Origin: a virus
Taxonomy: Duplodnaviria > Caudoviricetes
Length of the DNA: 64,000 nucleotides
Virus record (IMG/VR): IMGVR_UViG_3300010356_002264
Strand: one strand, 5' to 3'
Position 1 is the stretch's first letter. Every line of letters begins with the position of its first letter. Below are positions 32,342 through 41,741 of this stretch, piece after piece. The position numbers were made by a program, and so were the translations under genes. The notes beneath the pieces were generated by a model that saw only the letters and a program-made list of their open reading frames with translations, made no database searches and was not told the DNA's origin.

Positions 32342-32766
32342 ATCGACCCCCTCACGCGAGGGAGTCCCAGATCCTGTCGAACATGCGCGAGCGGGGACTG
32401 TCGCTTCCGCTCAAGGGCGCGGAGGCGGAGGCTCAGACCCAAGCGACCTCCACCCTCCCTGCGGCGAAGGTCCCGCCCACGACCCCCCTGGGGGTCGTGT
32501 CTGCTTCGTCGAAGCCCGTACCGGCGCGGCCACCCGTACCTTTGGCGCCGGTGGTCGCACCGGCACCGGCACCCGCGCCCGCACCCGCGCCCGCACCCGC
32601 GCCTGTACCGGTGGTTGCGTCTGCACCAGCACCGGTGGCCGCGCCGGTCGCGCCGGTCGTGACGCCCGAGTCGCCTCCGACCAAGGAGGACGTGGAGACG
32701 TCCACCGAGGATGCACCCTCCAAGAAGCCCGTGTCTTCGACCAAGAAGGAGGGGCGTCGTGGATAA
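32323..32766 (+). CDS. Pro/Ala-rich low-complexity protein
   Basis: GAGGA SD; (AP)n tract. Confidence 0.5.
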   Translation: MERPTLNRPPHARESQILSNMRERGLSLPLKGAEAEAQTQATSTLPAAKVPPTTPLGVVSASSKPVPARPPVPLAPVVAPAPAPAPAPAPAPAPVPVVASAPAPVAAPVAPVVTPESPPTKEDVETSTEDAPSKKPVSSTKKEGRRG

Positions 32767-33286
32767 CGGCACGAACCCGTTTGGCGGGGGGAACCCGAGC
32801 GGCCTGTACGTACCTCTCACGGACGACGAGCGCGACGCGATCGACCGCGCCCGCGATCGTGGAGTGCTGGTCAAGGTCCGTGGGCTCGGGGTGTTCCCGG
32901 CAACGACCCTGGTCGTTGGGGACCATCGCGTGTCGGTGGGGTTCGTCGTCAAGACGGACGTGCCCAGGACCCTCTCCGAGTTCTCGCACTCCGTCGAGAC
33001 GGAGGACGGGATCGTGCTCGCCTCTGAGACGATTCCCTGCCTCCAGCAGGGAAGGCCGCTACACCTCCAGCCAGGTGAGGAGGTCGAGATGGAGATCCAC
33101 ATCTCCCTCACGCACCTGGACCCGAAGCTGCTGCGGTGTCTTCGGCCGATGGCCACGGGGCTCACCTCGCGGCGCATCGACCGCGACACCGGGGACTTCA
33201 GCTTCGCGGGCAACATGAAGAACCTGAGCGAGGAGCAGCGCAAGCTCCTCCGCATCCTCATGCCCGACTCCGCAGGAGCGAGGTAG
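32759..33286 (+). CDS. hypothetical protein
   Basis: AAGGAGG SD; NPFGGGNP..LYVP motif. Confidence 0.65.
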   Translation: MDNGTNPFGGGNPSGLYVPLTDDERDAIDRARDRGVLVKVRGLGVFPATTLVVGDHRVSVGFVVKTDVPRTLSEFSHSVETEDGIVLASETIPCLQQGRPLHLQPGEEVEMEIHISLTHLDPKLLRCLRPMATGLTSRRIDRDTGDFSFAGNMKNLSEEQRKLLRILMPDSAGAR

Positions 33287-33290
33287 CCCG

Positions 33291-33818
33291 TTGAGCCTGC
33301 CGAGCCAGATCCTGGACTTCATGCGGGACGAGCCCGCCTCGCGTGGCGAGGCGGCGGTCGTGCGGGTCGGGAACCGTGTGCTCGAGCGGGCGTCGCGGGC
33401 GGCAGACCGCGCGTTCCTGGAGAGCCAGAAGATCGACCTCCAGGCGGGCCTTCCGGCCGGGTCCACGGCGGCACGCGTGGTGGGAGAGGCGGCGCGCTGG
33501 GACTTCCTTCCTGCGTCAGACAAGCGATTCCTGCGGGTCTCGCGCCTTCTGGTGACGCGACGAGGCAAGACCCTCTCGATGCTGCGCGAGAACGGGACAG
33601 GAATGGCGGCGGACACTTTGGTCGCGGAGCTCGCCCGAGAGGTTACGAGGCAGGTGCGCGCAGCCGTCGTGCTATCGCTGCGCGTCACCGCGGACAAGAT
33701 CGGCCGCGCACCGCTCGATGTGGGGCGGAGAGTCATGCGGCTCGCTCGCGAGCACCCGAACCTGCTGCGGGACGCGGACCTCACCTGGGAGGTCCTTTCT
33801 GCGGTTTTGGGGAAGTAG
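33291..33818 (+). CDS. hypothetical protein
   Basis: ORF follows upstream gene directly; GAGG SD. Confidence 0.6.
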   Translation: MSLPSQILDFMRDEPASRGEAAVVRVGNRVLERASRAADRAFLESQKIDLQAGLPAGSTAARVVGEAARWDFLPASDKRFLRVSRLLVTRRGKTLSMLRENGTGMAADTLVAELAREVTRQVRAAVVLSLRVTADKIGRAPLDVGRRVMRLAREHPNLLRDADLTWEVLSAVLGK

Positions 33819-33850
33819 TTCAGCTCCGTCCTGCCCTCTTGCGGGTAGAC

Positions 33851-34190
33851 GCTGGTGGGTCGGGTTCGCGGCGTGGCAACATGACACGCGGCCCTCACAG
33901 TACCTGAGGGAACGGGCGAACAGGACGAGGCAGCGTCCAGGATAGGCAGGGAGACGGCACCGACGTACACGCGGAGCAACAGGGAAGCCGTATCGGGAGT
34001 CCGTCGAGGGTGGTGAATAGCCACCCGGGTGGCGCACCTGAATCGACAGGAAGAGCGGGGCTGGAATCGACCAGTGATGCGGGTTGGGCAGGACCCTGGG
34101 AGCCCAACCGAATAAGGAAAGCCGCTCACAAAACGTACGGCCACCACGAGCCAAGCCGGGGCAGGACCGGCCGAACCCGACCCACTCAGC
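33851..34190 (+). ncRNA. putative ~340 nt structured ncRNA of unknown family upstream of rtcB
   Basis: Terminal stem 33855-33868/34172-34185 (14 bp perfect, plus 4 bp after a bulge) enclosing at least 8 helices; preceded by CAGCTCC (33821) and a -10-like TAGACG; no credible ORF. Confidence 0.7.
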
Positions 34191-34236
34191 TCCAAAATTC
34201 GGCACCCTTTCGACCATCTCCAGAAAGGGATCCATC

Positions 34237-35652
34237 ATGTCGTTCAAGTACCAGGTCGAGCAGGTCGGCCCGAGCAAGTTCGTTCTCCCGCGCGTAGGGA
34301 CCATGCGGTGCGATGTCACGGCGTTCCTGTCGCCCGAGCTCTACGCGGCCTCCGAGGAGGACATGTGGGCGGACGCGGCGAAGTCTGCGTCTACGCCGGG
34401 CGCGATCGGGATGTACCTCCAGCCCGACTGCCACAAGGGGTACGTCCTCCCCGTGGGAGGGGTGCTCGTGACCGACGGTGTGGTGGCGCAGGCGGGCAGC
34501 GGGTACGACATCTCCTGCGGCGTCGTGTACCTCCGGGTACCGAACCTGCACGCGCGGGACGTCGCCGACTGGGCGCTCCGCGAGCGCTGGGTGCGGGCGG
34601 TCTCGGACCGCGTGGCGCTTGGCTACGACAAGGGAGGGAACCGACCGCGCCTCATGCGGTCGCCCTCGGATCGCAAGGTCAGCGAGGTCCTGCGCTACGG
34701 GGCGAAGGCGGTCGGAGGAAACCTCGACCTCTGCGAGCGCCCCTACATCCCCATCGACGACAACCTGTTCGACGAGAAGCTCATCCCCAAGGCGCTCTCG
34801 AAGGCGGCACCGCAGCTTGGGTCCGTCGGCGGGGGAAACCACTTCGTCGAGCTCCAGGTCGAGCGGTCGACCGGCGAGGTGTGGGTGATGGTTCACTGCG
34901 GGTCGCGCGGCTTCGGCTGGCAGGCGGCCGACTACTTCTTCGACCGTGGGGCGGAGCTAAACGACCTCCCGCGCGGGCGCAAGGAGGAGTCGTGCCTGCG
35001 GCTGGACTCGGAGCTTGGTCGCCTGTACTGGCAGTGGCATAACGCGGCGGCGAACTTCGCCGTCGCGAACCGTCACGTCATCGCGGCTGGCGTCGCGGAG
35101 GCGACCGAGGAGGTCCTCGGTGCGCGTCCCGAGCTCTTCTACGAGATCAGCCACAACCTGGTCCAGGAGGAGACCCTCGTGCTTCCTGACGGCACCACGA
35201 AGAAGGGGCTCGTCCACCGCAAGGGCTCGACCCGCGCGTTCCCGGCGGGGCACCCGGACCTGGTGGGGACCAAGTGGGCCAAGACCGGCCACCCGTGCCT
35301 CATCCCTGGGTCGATGCTGACCGGCGCGGCGATCCTGTGGCCGCAGGAGGGGGCGTACCAGTCGGGCTGCTCGGTGAACCACGGGTCGGGGCGCGTGATG
35401 GGCCGCAACGCGGCCAAGCGCGAGCTCGCGGCGCTGCACGACGACATCGACCACGAGATGCGGACGATCCGCCGCGAGGCGGGTGGCGCGGAGGTCGTGG
35501 GGATCGTCGGGAACTGCGAGCGGACCCCGCTCGACGAGTGTGGTCATGTTTATAAGGATTTGGACGTAGTGCTCAAGGTGCTGGAGGACAACGGCATCGC
35601 GCGCCTGGCACACCGTTTGTGGCCTGTGGCCAACTTGAAGGGAAGCGACTAG
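34237..35652 (+). CDS. rtcB: RtcB RNA ligase (3'-phosphate/2',3'-cyclic phosphate to 5'-OH)
   Basis: PDCH.GY..PVGG, GYDISCG, LGSVGGGNHFVE, VHCGSRG, SHN, VHRKG, IPGSM, HGSGR, YKD. Confidence 0.95.
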   Translation: MSFKYQVEQVGPSKFVLPRVGTMRCDVTAFLSPELYAASEEDMWADAAKSASTPGAIGMYLQPDCHKGYVLPVGGVLVTDGVVAQAGSGYDISCGVVYLRVPNLHARDVADWALRERWVRAVSDRVALGYDKGGNRPRLMRSPSDRKVSEVLRYGAKAVGGNLDLCERPYIPIDDNLFDEKLIPKALSKAAPQLGSVGGGNHFVELQVERSTGEVWVMVHCGSRGFGWQAADYFFDRGAELNDLPRGRKEESCLRLDSELGRLYWQWHNAAANFAVANRHVIAAGVAEATEEVLGARPELFYEISHNLVQEETLVLPDGTTKKGLVHRKGSTRAFPAGHPDLVGTKWAKTGHPCLIPGSMLTGAAILWPQEGAYQSGCSVNHGSGRVMGRNAAKRELAALHDDIDHEMRTIRREAGGAEVVGIVGNCERTPLDECGHVYKDLDVVLKVLEDNGIARLAHRLWPVANLKGSD

Positions 35653-36725
35653 CGGTGCTCGCACTCGCCCCGGACGCAGTTCGGGGTGTAGTGCTGGGTC
35701 CAGTGGTCGGGGGAGGTCACCCCGAGGACGCGGCACTTGAGGACGGCGCGCGGGAAGTCGGTGAGGCGGAACGGGCCGAGGGGGCGCACCACGTACCCCT
35801 CGGACGGGTCCTGGCTCCCGGACCGCCGTGCCCCGCGCAGTGCCGCCTGGGTCGTGAGGCCCCGCAGGATGGCCTCGTCGAACGGTCCCCGGTATAGCTC
35901 GGGGATGGGCTGTAGGCCGAGCAGCCGCGCGTAGAGCGCGGTCTCGTCCCACCCGAGCGCCTGGTCTCGGTCCCAGACGGAGAAGACGAAGAAGCGGTCC
36001 GGCGTCCCGTCGTCGGCGCACAGGTCGTGGTACTCGACCGAGTGGAGGGCGTCGACGTTCTCCCCGCACACGCGGAACTCCGGTGGGATGTCGCGCCACA
36101 GGGAGGCGTGGCGCGCGCGCATGCGGGACCGGCTCGGATGACGCGCGTACCCGTCGATCGACCGCGCGTGCAGGTAGTCCGCCTCGGGGCCGAGGGTGGT
36201 GTTCTCGCCGTCGAGCTTCTCCAGCACGACCACCTCCCGCGCCCGGAGCCAGTCGAGGTCCTGCGGACGCACGAACCGGTCGTCGGCGTCCGCGCACGGC
36301 GACCACGGCAGGTGCAGGGTTCGGGGAGGCTTCACCCGCGAGGTGAACTCGTGCCACACGGGCTGGAGGATGCGTCGCACGCTGTCCTCGAAGCCGAGCG
36401 GGCCCAGCGCTCGGCGGCCGTTCGGTAGGTAGGGGTTGCCCCACTTGTCGATGACGGCCTCCGCGTGAAGGTAGTCGGGCACACGCACCGTCTGGATGCG
36501 TGCGGCCTCGCGCACCTGCTCGACCGTCACCTCGGTGCGCTCGCAGCGGAGGTGACAGGGCCCGCACACGGTCGCTCCGTTGTCGAGGTAGTACCCTCCG
36601 TCGGGCCACAGGCGACGGTCTAGGATGTGGTGGGCGTCCTGGCCGGGGTTCCCGCACAGGACGCACCGGCTGCGGTCGCGCGCGAACACCCTCTCGCGAA
36701 AAGCATCTCGGGTGAGGAGGGTCAT
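35649..36725 (-). CDS. HNH domain fused to ATP-dependent RNA ligase (Rnl2-like)
   Basis: N-terminal VFARD..CVLC..DAHHI...C..CH; ligase RTLHLPWS, EKLDGENT, GEN..A.HS, EGYVVR; CAGCTC 36 nt upstream. Confidence 0.85.
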   Translation of the reverse strand: MTLLTRDAFRERVFARDRSRCVLCGNPGQDAHHILDRRLWPDGGYYLDNGATVCGPCHLRCERTEVTVEQVREAARIQTVRVPDYLHAEAVIDKWGNPYLPNGRRALGPLGFEDSVRRILQPVWHEFTSRVKPPRTLHLPWSPCADADDRFVRPQDLDWLRAREVVVLEKLDGENTTLGPEADYLHARSIDGYARHPSRSRMRARHASLWRDIPPEFRVCGENVDALHSVEYHDLCADDGTPDRFFVFSVWDRDQALGWDETALYARLLGLQPIPELYRGPFDEAILRGLTTQAALRGARRSGSQDPSEGYVVRPLGPFRLTDFPRAVLKCRVLGVTSPDHWTQHYTPNCVRGECEHR

Positions 36726-36778
36726 GCGGAAGGGCATCTCGACGCGCTGGAGGGCGAGCTGTCCGGGTAAGACCTCCC

Positions 36779-38440
36779 ATGGCTGACGCCCCAGACCTGA
36801 TCGCACTCGCCCGGAGCCTCGCCCGCATGCGCGAGATCCGCCGAGACAAGAGCTTCATCCTCAAGAAGAGCAGCCTGCTGCGGGACGAAGTCGAGGTCCC
36901 CGGCGTGGGGAAGGTTCCTTTCCAGCTCCGTCCCTACCAGCAGCAGATGGTCTTTCACCTCATCCTCATGCCCAGGTTTGTCGTGGGAGAAGACACCGGC
37001 TGCGGCAAGACGATCGAGGTGATCGGGGCGCTCGCCCACCTGTGGGAGAAGAACCCCACGATGCGGGTCCTCGTTGTGGGCACCAAGAGCCTGGCCTCCC
37101 AGTGGGAAGAGGAGCTCCGGCGATTCTTCCGCGAGGTGAACGTGTTCGTTGCGGCCGGCGAGGTCGAGAAGCGCCGGAAGGTGCGTGAGGCGTTCCTCAA
37201 GTGCGACCGCTACCCGGTGCTCGTCTACACGTACGGGTCGATCGCCAGGGACTTCACGGACCTTCAGGAGTGGAGCGGGCACCTGCTCGTCGCAGACGAG
37301 GCCACGGTCTTCAAGGAGCCCAAGACCCAGATCCACCAGGTCATGGGTCACCTCGGCGCGACCGCGTCGCGCGCCTGGGCGCTGACCGCCACGCTCCTCA
37401 AGAACAACCTCGTCGAGGGGTACGGGATCTTCAGGGTCATCGTGCCGGGCGTCTTTCCGGCCTCGCCGTCGACCTTCATTAAGAGCTACTGCCTCACGCA
37501 GTTGCGCCTGGTGGCGCGCGGCCGGCGCGTGCCCCAGATCATCGGGTACGCGCCCGACCAGATCGAAGCGTACCGGGAAGCGATCGAGCCCTACTACCTG
37601 GGCCGGTCCAAGCGAGACGTGGCCAGCGACCTACCCAAGGTGCTCCCGCCGGTCGAGATCCCCGTGTCGCTGTCGCCAGCGGAGTGGTCCCTCTACCGGG
37701 ACGCGCAGGCGGGGCTCCTTCAGGTGGGGGAGAAGAAGGACGACGGCACGACCCAGACCAAGATGTCCGCGCTGCTGCGCTGCCAGCAGGTCGTCAATCA
37801 CGCTGGCCTGGTCGAGGTCGCCGACGTGCCATCCTCGAAGCTGTCGGTACTCGTGGACCTGCTCACCTCGGGAGACTACGCGGACCAGCAGGTCATCGTC
37901 TACAGCCGGTTCCGCACCCTCATCGTCAACCACATCGAGCCGGCGCTCCGGGCCCAGCACGTCACGGTGACCCGCGTGACGGGCGGGGAGAATGACGCAC
38001 AGCGTGCGCAGGCGCGTGCGGACTTCCAGGAGGGCCGAGCGCGCGTCATCCTCCTCACCTCGGCCGGTGGTGAGGGGATCAACCTCCAGGCCGCGAGCGC
38101 CATCGTGTTCTACGACACCCCCTGGTCGGCCGGCGACTACGTCCAGATCCTTGGCCGCATGGTGCGCATCGGCAGCGCGCACGAGCGCGCCGTCACCCTT
38201 CACCTAGTGGCCAAGCCGCCCGGGGGATCACGGGCGCAGAAGACGATCGACGACTACACCCTCCAGGTGTTGCGCGGGAAGCTGGCGCTCTTCGAGAAGG
38301 TGCTAGACCGCAAGGTATTCGACGATCCGACGGGTCCCGTGGCTCCCGTCGACCCCAGCGCGTCGATGGAGGGAGAGATCGACACGATCTTCGACATGCT
38401 GCGGGGCGAACAGGGTAGGAGCACGCATGAGCAACAGTAA
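36779..38440 (+). CDS. SNF2-family helicase/ATPase
   Basis: LRPYQ, DTGCGKT, DEAT, LTAT, AGGEGINLQAA, DTPWS, GRMVRIG. Confidence 0.9.
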   Translation: MADAPDLIALARSLARMREIRRDKSFILKKSSLLRDEVEVPGVGKVPFQLRPYQQQMVFHLILMPRFVVGEDTGCGKTIEVIGALAHLWEKNPTMRVLVVGTKSLASQWEEELRRFFREVNVFVAAGEVEKRRKVREAFLKCDRYPVLVYTYGSIARDFTDLQEWSGHLLVADEATVFKEPKTQIHQVMGHLGATASRAWALTATLLKNNLVEGYGIFRVIVPGVFPASPSTFIKSYCLTQLRLVARGRRVPQIIGYAPDQIEAYREAIEPYYLGRSKRDVASDLPKVLPPVEIPVSLSPAEWSLYRDAQAGLLQVGEKKDDGTTQTKMSALLRCQQVVNHAGLVEVADVPSSKLSVLVDLLTSGDYADQQVIVYSRFRTLIVNHIEPALRAQHVTVTRVTGGENDAQRAQARADFQEGRARVILLTSAGGEGINLQAASAIVFYDTPWSAGDYVQILGRMVRIGSAHERAVTLHLVAKPPGGSRAQKTIDDYTLQVLRGKLALFEKVLDRKVFDDPTGPVAPVDPSASMEGEIDTIFDMLRGEQGRSTHEQQ

Positions 38441-39398
38441 CGTGCCCACCCGGCTGCCAGGAGACGGCGAGCCTGACTGCCCCAAGTGTCGCGGGAGCGG
38501 GTCCGTGCAGAAGGTCTACACGCCGGCTGAGCTCAAGGCACTCCCGCCCTACATAATCCCATCGACCCACTTCGACACCTGCGTCTGCACCAGGGCGCGG
38601 CGCGAGCGTGAGGCCCTGGAGCGCGTGTGGCGCGGGTACTCGGGCTTCGAGCCCATCGACCGAACGCCGCTCGTCAAGTACGCGCAGCAGGACGTGCTCG
38701 TGAGCGCCTCATCCCCAACGCTACGGACCCACCTGGCCCGCGTCCTGCACCAGGTGCCCAGCCTGCTCCGCTCGACCCGCGTGGTGTCCGACCTCGACCT
38801 GGTGAGCGCGTGGCTCGCGACGGCGGGCCTCGACGTGCTTGACCCGGAGGTCGCGGGCCACACGCGTGACGCGGAGGACGCCTACCTGCGTCTGGTAGAC
38901 CTGGTGGCTCCGCCCTCCCTACTCGTCCTTCGGCTCGGGGTCAAAGCGGCGCGCAACGTCGCCGTTCCCGAGGTCATCCTGGAAGCCCTCCAGTGCCGTG
39001 CGCATCGAGGGCGACCAACCTGGGTCGTCGAGGACCCTTATGTGCCCTTTACCACGGGGGCAATCTTCTGGAGCCCCCAGCTCGTCGCCCACATGGCTCC
39101 GTGGGACCGCGTGGGGATAGACGGGAGTCACGCAGTCGAGGAGTGCGTGGCCTCCCTGGACGGGCTACTCCGAGCGACCGGTCCCGCCGAGCCCGAACCC
39201 CTTCCGCGCGCGCGGCCCGAGAGACAACCCCCCAGGATAGAGGTCATTCCAGCCACGGAGGAGGGGATGCTTCCTGGCGGGATGTCGATCGACAAGAAGG
39301 CACCGAAGAAGGGTGCGGGTAGTAGGAAGTCCTCGTTCGGGGGCGGGAGAAAGCCCTCGTTCGGCGGTGGAAGGATCCGAGAAGTCGATGAAACCTGA
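38427..39398 (+). CDS. Zn-finger protein, possible degenerate DnaC/IstB-like helicase loader
   Basis: CPKC.G.G...CVC; located before the DnaB-like gene; no intact Walker A. Confidence 0.45.
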   Translation: MSNSNVPTRLPGDGEPDCPKCRGSGSVQKVYTPAELKALPPYIIPSTHFDTCVCTRARREREALERVWRGYSGFEPIDRTPLVKYAQQDVLVSASSPTLRTHLARVLHQVPSLLRSTRVVSDLDLVSAWLATAGLDVLDPEVAGHTRDAEDAYLRLVDLVAPPSLLVLRLGVKAARNVAVPEVILEALQCRAHRGRPTWVVEDPYVPFTTGAIFWSPQLVAHMAPWDRVGIDGSHAVEECVASLDGLLRATGPAEPEPLPRARPERQPPRIEVIPATEEGMLPGGMSIDKKAPKKGAGSRKSSFGGGRKPSFGGGRIREVDET

Positions 39399-40926
39399 CC
39401 TCATCCGATCGATCGTGCGCTGTCGGCCCGCCGACCCTGCACCGCTGGTGCTCAAGAACGTCCAGGCCGTGCGTGACGCGCAGGTCGAGTTCCTGCTCCC
39501 TGAGGACGGGGAGATCTGGGTGTTCGTCGACCAGTTCACCCGCGACCATGGACACCCGCCAGAGCTCCAGACGACGACCTCCCACCTGCGGTCGGTCGGG
39601 CAGGTGGGGGCAGCGGACCGCATGGAGGCGGTGTCTGTCGGTCCTCTCAAGACCGAGGGGGACTTCTTCCACGTGCTGGAGCAGGTCTGCGAGGAGCGAC
39701 GCATGCGGCTGCTCGAGCAGGCGATGCGGGACGTGCGGCTCATCGCGACCTCCGGCCTGGAGGTCGGAGAGGGGCGGGACAAGCGCGTCCTGCGGGGCGC
39801 TCAGCAGGCCGCCTCGTACGCAGTCGAGGCGATGCGCGAGGTGGCGACCCCCACGCTGTCCTCCCACCTGTCTGGTGAGATCCTGCGGGACGCCGACGAC
39901 ATCGTGGCCGAGTACGAGAGGACGGAGCGCGACCCCCGAGCGGCCTTCGGCCAGTGGACAGGCATCAAGCAGATGGACGAGTCGCTCGGTGGGGCGCGCG
40001 TCGCGGAGCTCTGGATCCACGCGGCCTACTCGGGGCACCTCAAGACGACCTTCGCGCTCAACTGGGCCTACAACCAGGCGATCTGGTTCCACGACAACGT
40101 CCTGTACTTCTCGCTGGAGATGCCCTACCGGCAGGTCCGTCGGTGGATCGTCGCGATGCACTCGTTCCACTCCAAGTTCGCGGAGGTGCGCACCGAGCTC
40201 GGCATCCAGCAGGAGGGGGGGATCAACGTGGGGCTCGACTACAAGCGCATCCGCGACGCCCAGCTCACCCCGGCGGAGAAGCGGTTCCTCGTGAACCACG
40301 TGGTCCCCGACCTCAAGGACCCCGAAAACGGCTACGGACGGATCATCATCGAGGTGGCCGACCCCGACAAGCCCGACGTCACCGTCGACGGCCTGCGGGG
40401 CCGCGCCGAGACCATCTACCCCAAGACGCCATTCTCCACCATCTACCTCGACCACGCCTCGCTCCTCGGGGTGCGCTCGAAGGTGTCCACCTCCGAGCGA
40501 CTCAACGACGCGCTGCGCGACTGCAAGCGGTTCGCGATGCAGTTCCGCCGCGGCCAGGGGATCCCGCTGGTGGCGCTCTTCCAGATCAACCGCGAGGGGC
40601 TCAAGGAGGCCCACAAGCGCAAGGAGAAGGGGCTGCTCCCCACCTACGAGCTCAACAACCTCTCCTACGCCTCGGAGGCCGAGCGCAGCGCGGACGTCGT
40701 CACCACGAGCTACCTCGACAAGGAGTACGCCGAGCGGAACCGGGCGCTCTTCACGTGCCTCAAGAGCCGCGACAACGCCCCCTTCAACCCCTTCCTCGCC
40801 CAGATCGACTGGCCCTGCCGGCGGATCGGGACCTGCTTCGACAACCCGCTCGACGACGTCTCGACGCGCGTCGACCCCGAGCAGGGGGCGGAGATCACGA
40901 GCGCCCTGGACGCGCTCATCCGATGA
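39388..40926 (+). CDS. DnaB-like replicative helicase
   Basis: TGIKQMD..LGG, AYSGHLKTT, LYFSLEM, IYLDH, LFQINR, AERSAD, KSR. Confidence 0.85.
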   Translation: MKPDLIRSIVRCRPADPAPLVLKNVQAVRDAQVEFLLPEDGEIWVFVDQFTRDHGHPPELQTTTSHLRSVGQVGAADRMEAVSVGPLKTEGDFFHVLEQVCEERRMRLLEQAMRDVRLIATSGLEVGEGRDKRVLRGAQQAASYAVEAMREVATPTLSSHLSGEILRDADDIVAEYERTERDPRAAFGQWTGIKQMDESLGGARVAELWIHAAYSGHLKTTFALNWAYNQAIWFHDNVLYFSLEMPYRQVRRWIVAMHSFHSKFAEVRTELGIQQEGGINVGLDYKRIRDAQLTPAEKRFLVNHVVPDLKDPENGYGRIIIEVADPDKPDVTVDGLRGRAETIYPKTPFSTIYLDHASLLGVRSKVSTSERLNDALRDCKRFAMQFRRGQGIPLVALFQINREGLKEAHKRKEKGLLPTYELNNLSYASEAERSADVVTTSYLDKEYAERNRALFTCLKSRDNAPFNPFLAQIDWPCRRIGTCFDNPLDDVSTRVDPEQGAEITSALDALIR

Positions 40927-41741
40927 GCCTGCGCGAGGAGGTCGCCGAGCGCATGGCGAGGGCGCTCGGGGCCGAGGTGCTCGGCGCGGGGGAGGCGGCC
41001 CGCCGGCCCCCCGGGAGCCTCCGGGCGCTCGTGCTGCGCGGGACTCCCTCTCCCGCCGAGTGGGGCGCGATCGAGGCCGCGCTCCTGCCGGGGGCGCTCG
41101 TCGCGCTTCTCCCTGGCGACCCGGAGGGGGAGGAGGCGATCCTCGCGGAGGAGGTCGGGCTGGAGGTGTGGGACGCGATCCTGGTGGCCGACGACCCGCG
41201 CACCGTCCTCCCCGCCGCCAAGGCGACCCGCACCGAGAAGGAGGCGGGCCTCGCGGGGGTCGTGGCCCCGCGCGCGGGCCACGAGGCCGTCAAGCGGAAG
41301 GAGGGGAGCGCTGGGGTGCGCAACGCGCGCGCCGGCGCCGGCCGCACGGCCAAGGCGGTGCTCAACGACCACCCGACGGTCAAGTCGGTCGGGGCGGTGA
41401 GGGCCGCGATGCGCGTCGCCGGAGCGTACGAGGAGGACGCGGCGGGCCCCGTCCTCGACCTGTTCTCCGGGTCGGGGACGACGGGGGTGGTGTGCGTGGA
41501 GGACGGGATACCGGTCGTCCTCGTCGACAAGCTGCGGCGCTACGCGGACCTCGCCGCGGGGCGCATGCGGGGAGCCGTTGCCCGTTCCCCGCAGGTGCGG
41601 GTGGTGTGTGCCGTAGATCTGGGTATCGCGCCCCCCATGGGAGAGAACCCCCAGGAAGGAGCTCCCCATGCCACGCCCGCTGAACGTCGCCGCAACCCTC
41701 CGCGGCGCAAGCTACGAGTTCCCCCCGACCCCCGACCATGA
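40923..41741 (+). CDS. N4/N6 DNA methyltransferase C-terminal (SAM-binding) half
   Basis: KA...EK.AG, NDHPTVK, VLDLFSGSGTTG; no DPPY. Confidence 0.7.
   Translation: MSLREEVAERMARALGAEVLGAGEAARRPPGSLRALVLRGTPSPAEWGAIEAALLPGALVALLPGDPEGEEAILAEEVGLEVWDAILVADDPRTVLPAAKATRTEKEAGLAGVVAPRAGHEAVKRKEGSAGVRNARAGAGRTAKAVLNDHPTVKSVGAVRAAMRVAGAYEEDAAGPVLDLFSGSGTTGVVCVEDGIPVVLVDKLRRYADLAAGRMRGAVARSPQVRVVCAVDLGIAPPMGENPQEGAPHATPAERRRNPPRRKLRVPPDPRP

Noticed and set aside
34070-34122. Hammerhead-like core (GTGATGCG-stem-GAAT)
   Set aside because: Does not match the CUGANGA...GAAA consensus, and no stem I/III arrangement is evident
33851-34190. RNase P, tmRNA, SRP or intact group II intron identity
   Set aside because: No GAGGAAAGUCC, no tRNA-like ends, no SRP core, no GUGYG start or compact domain V
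33672-34319. ORFs spanning the rtcB upstream gap, including the TTG-extended RtcB start at 34084
   Set aside because: Unnatural composition; RtcB has a good SD and ATG at 34237
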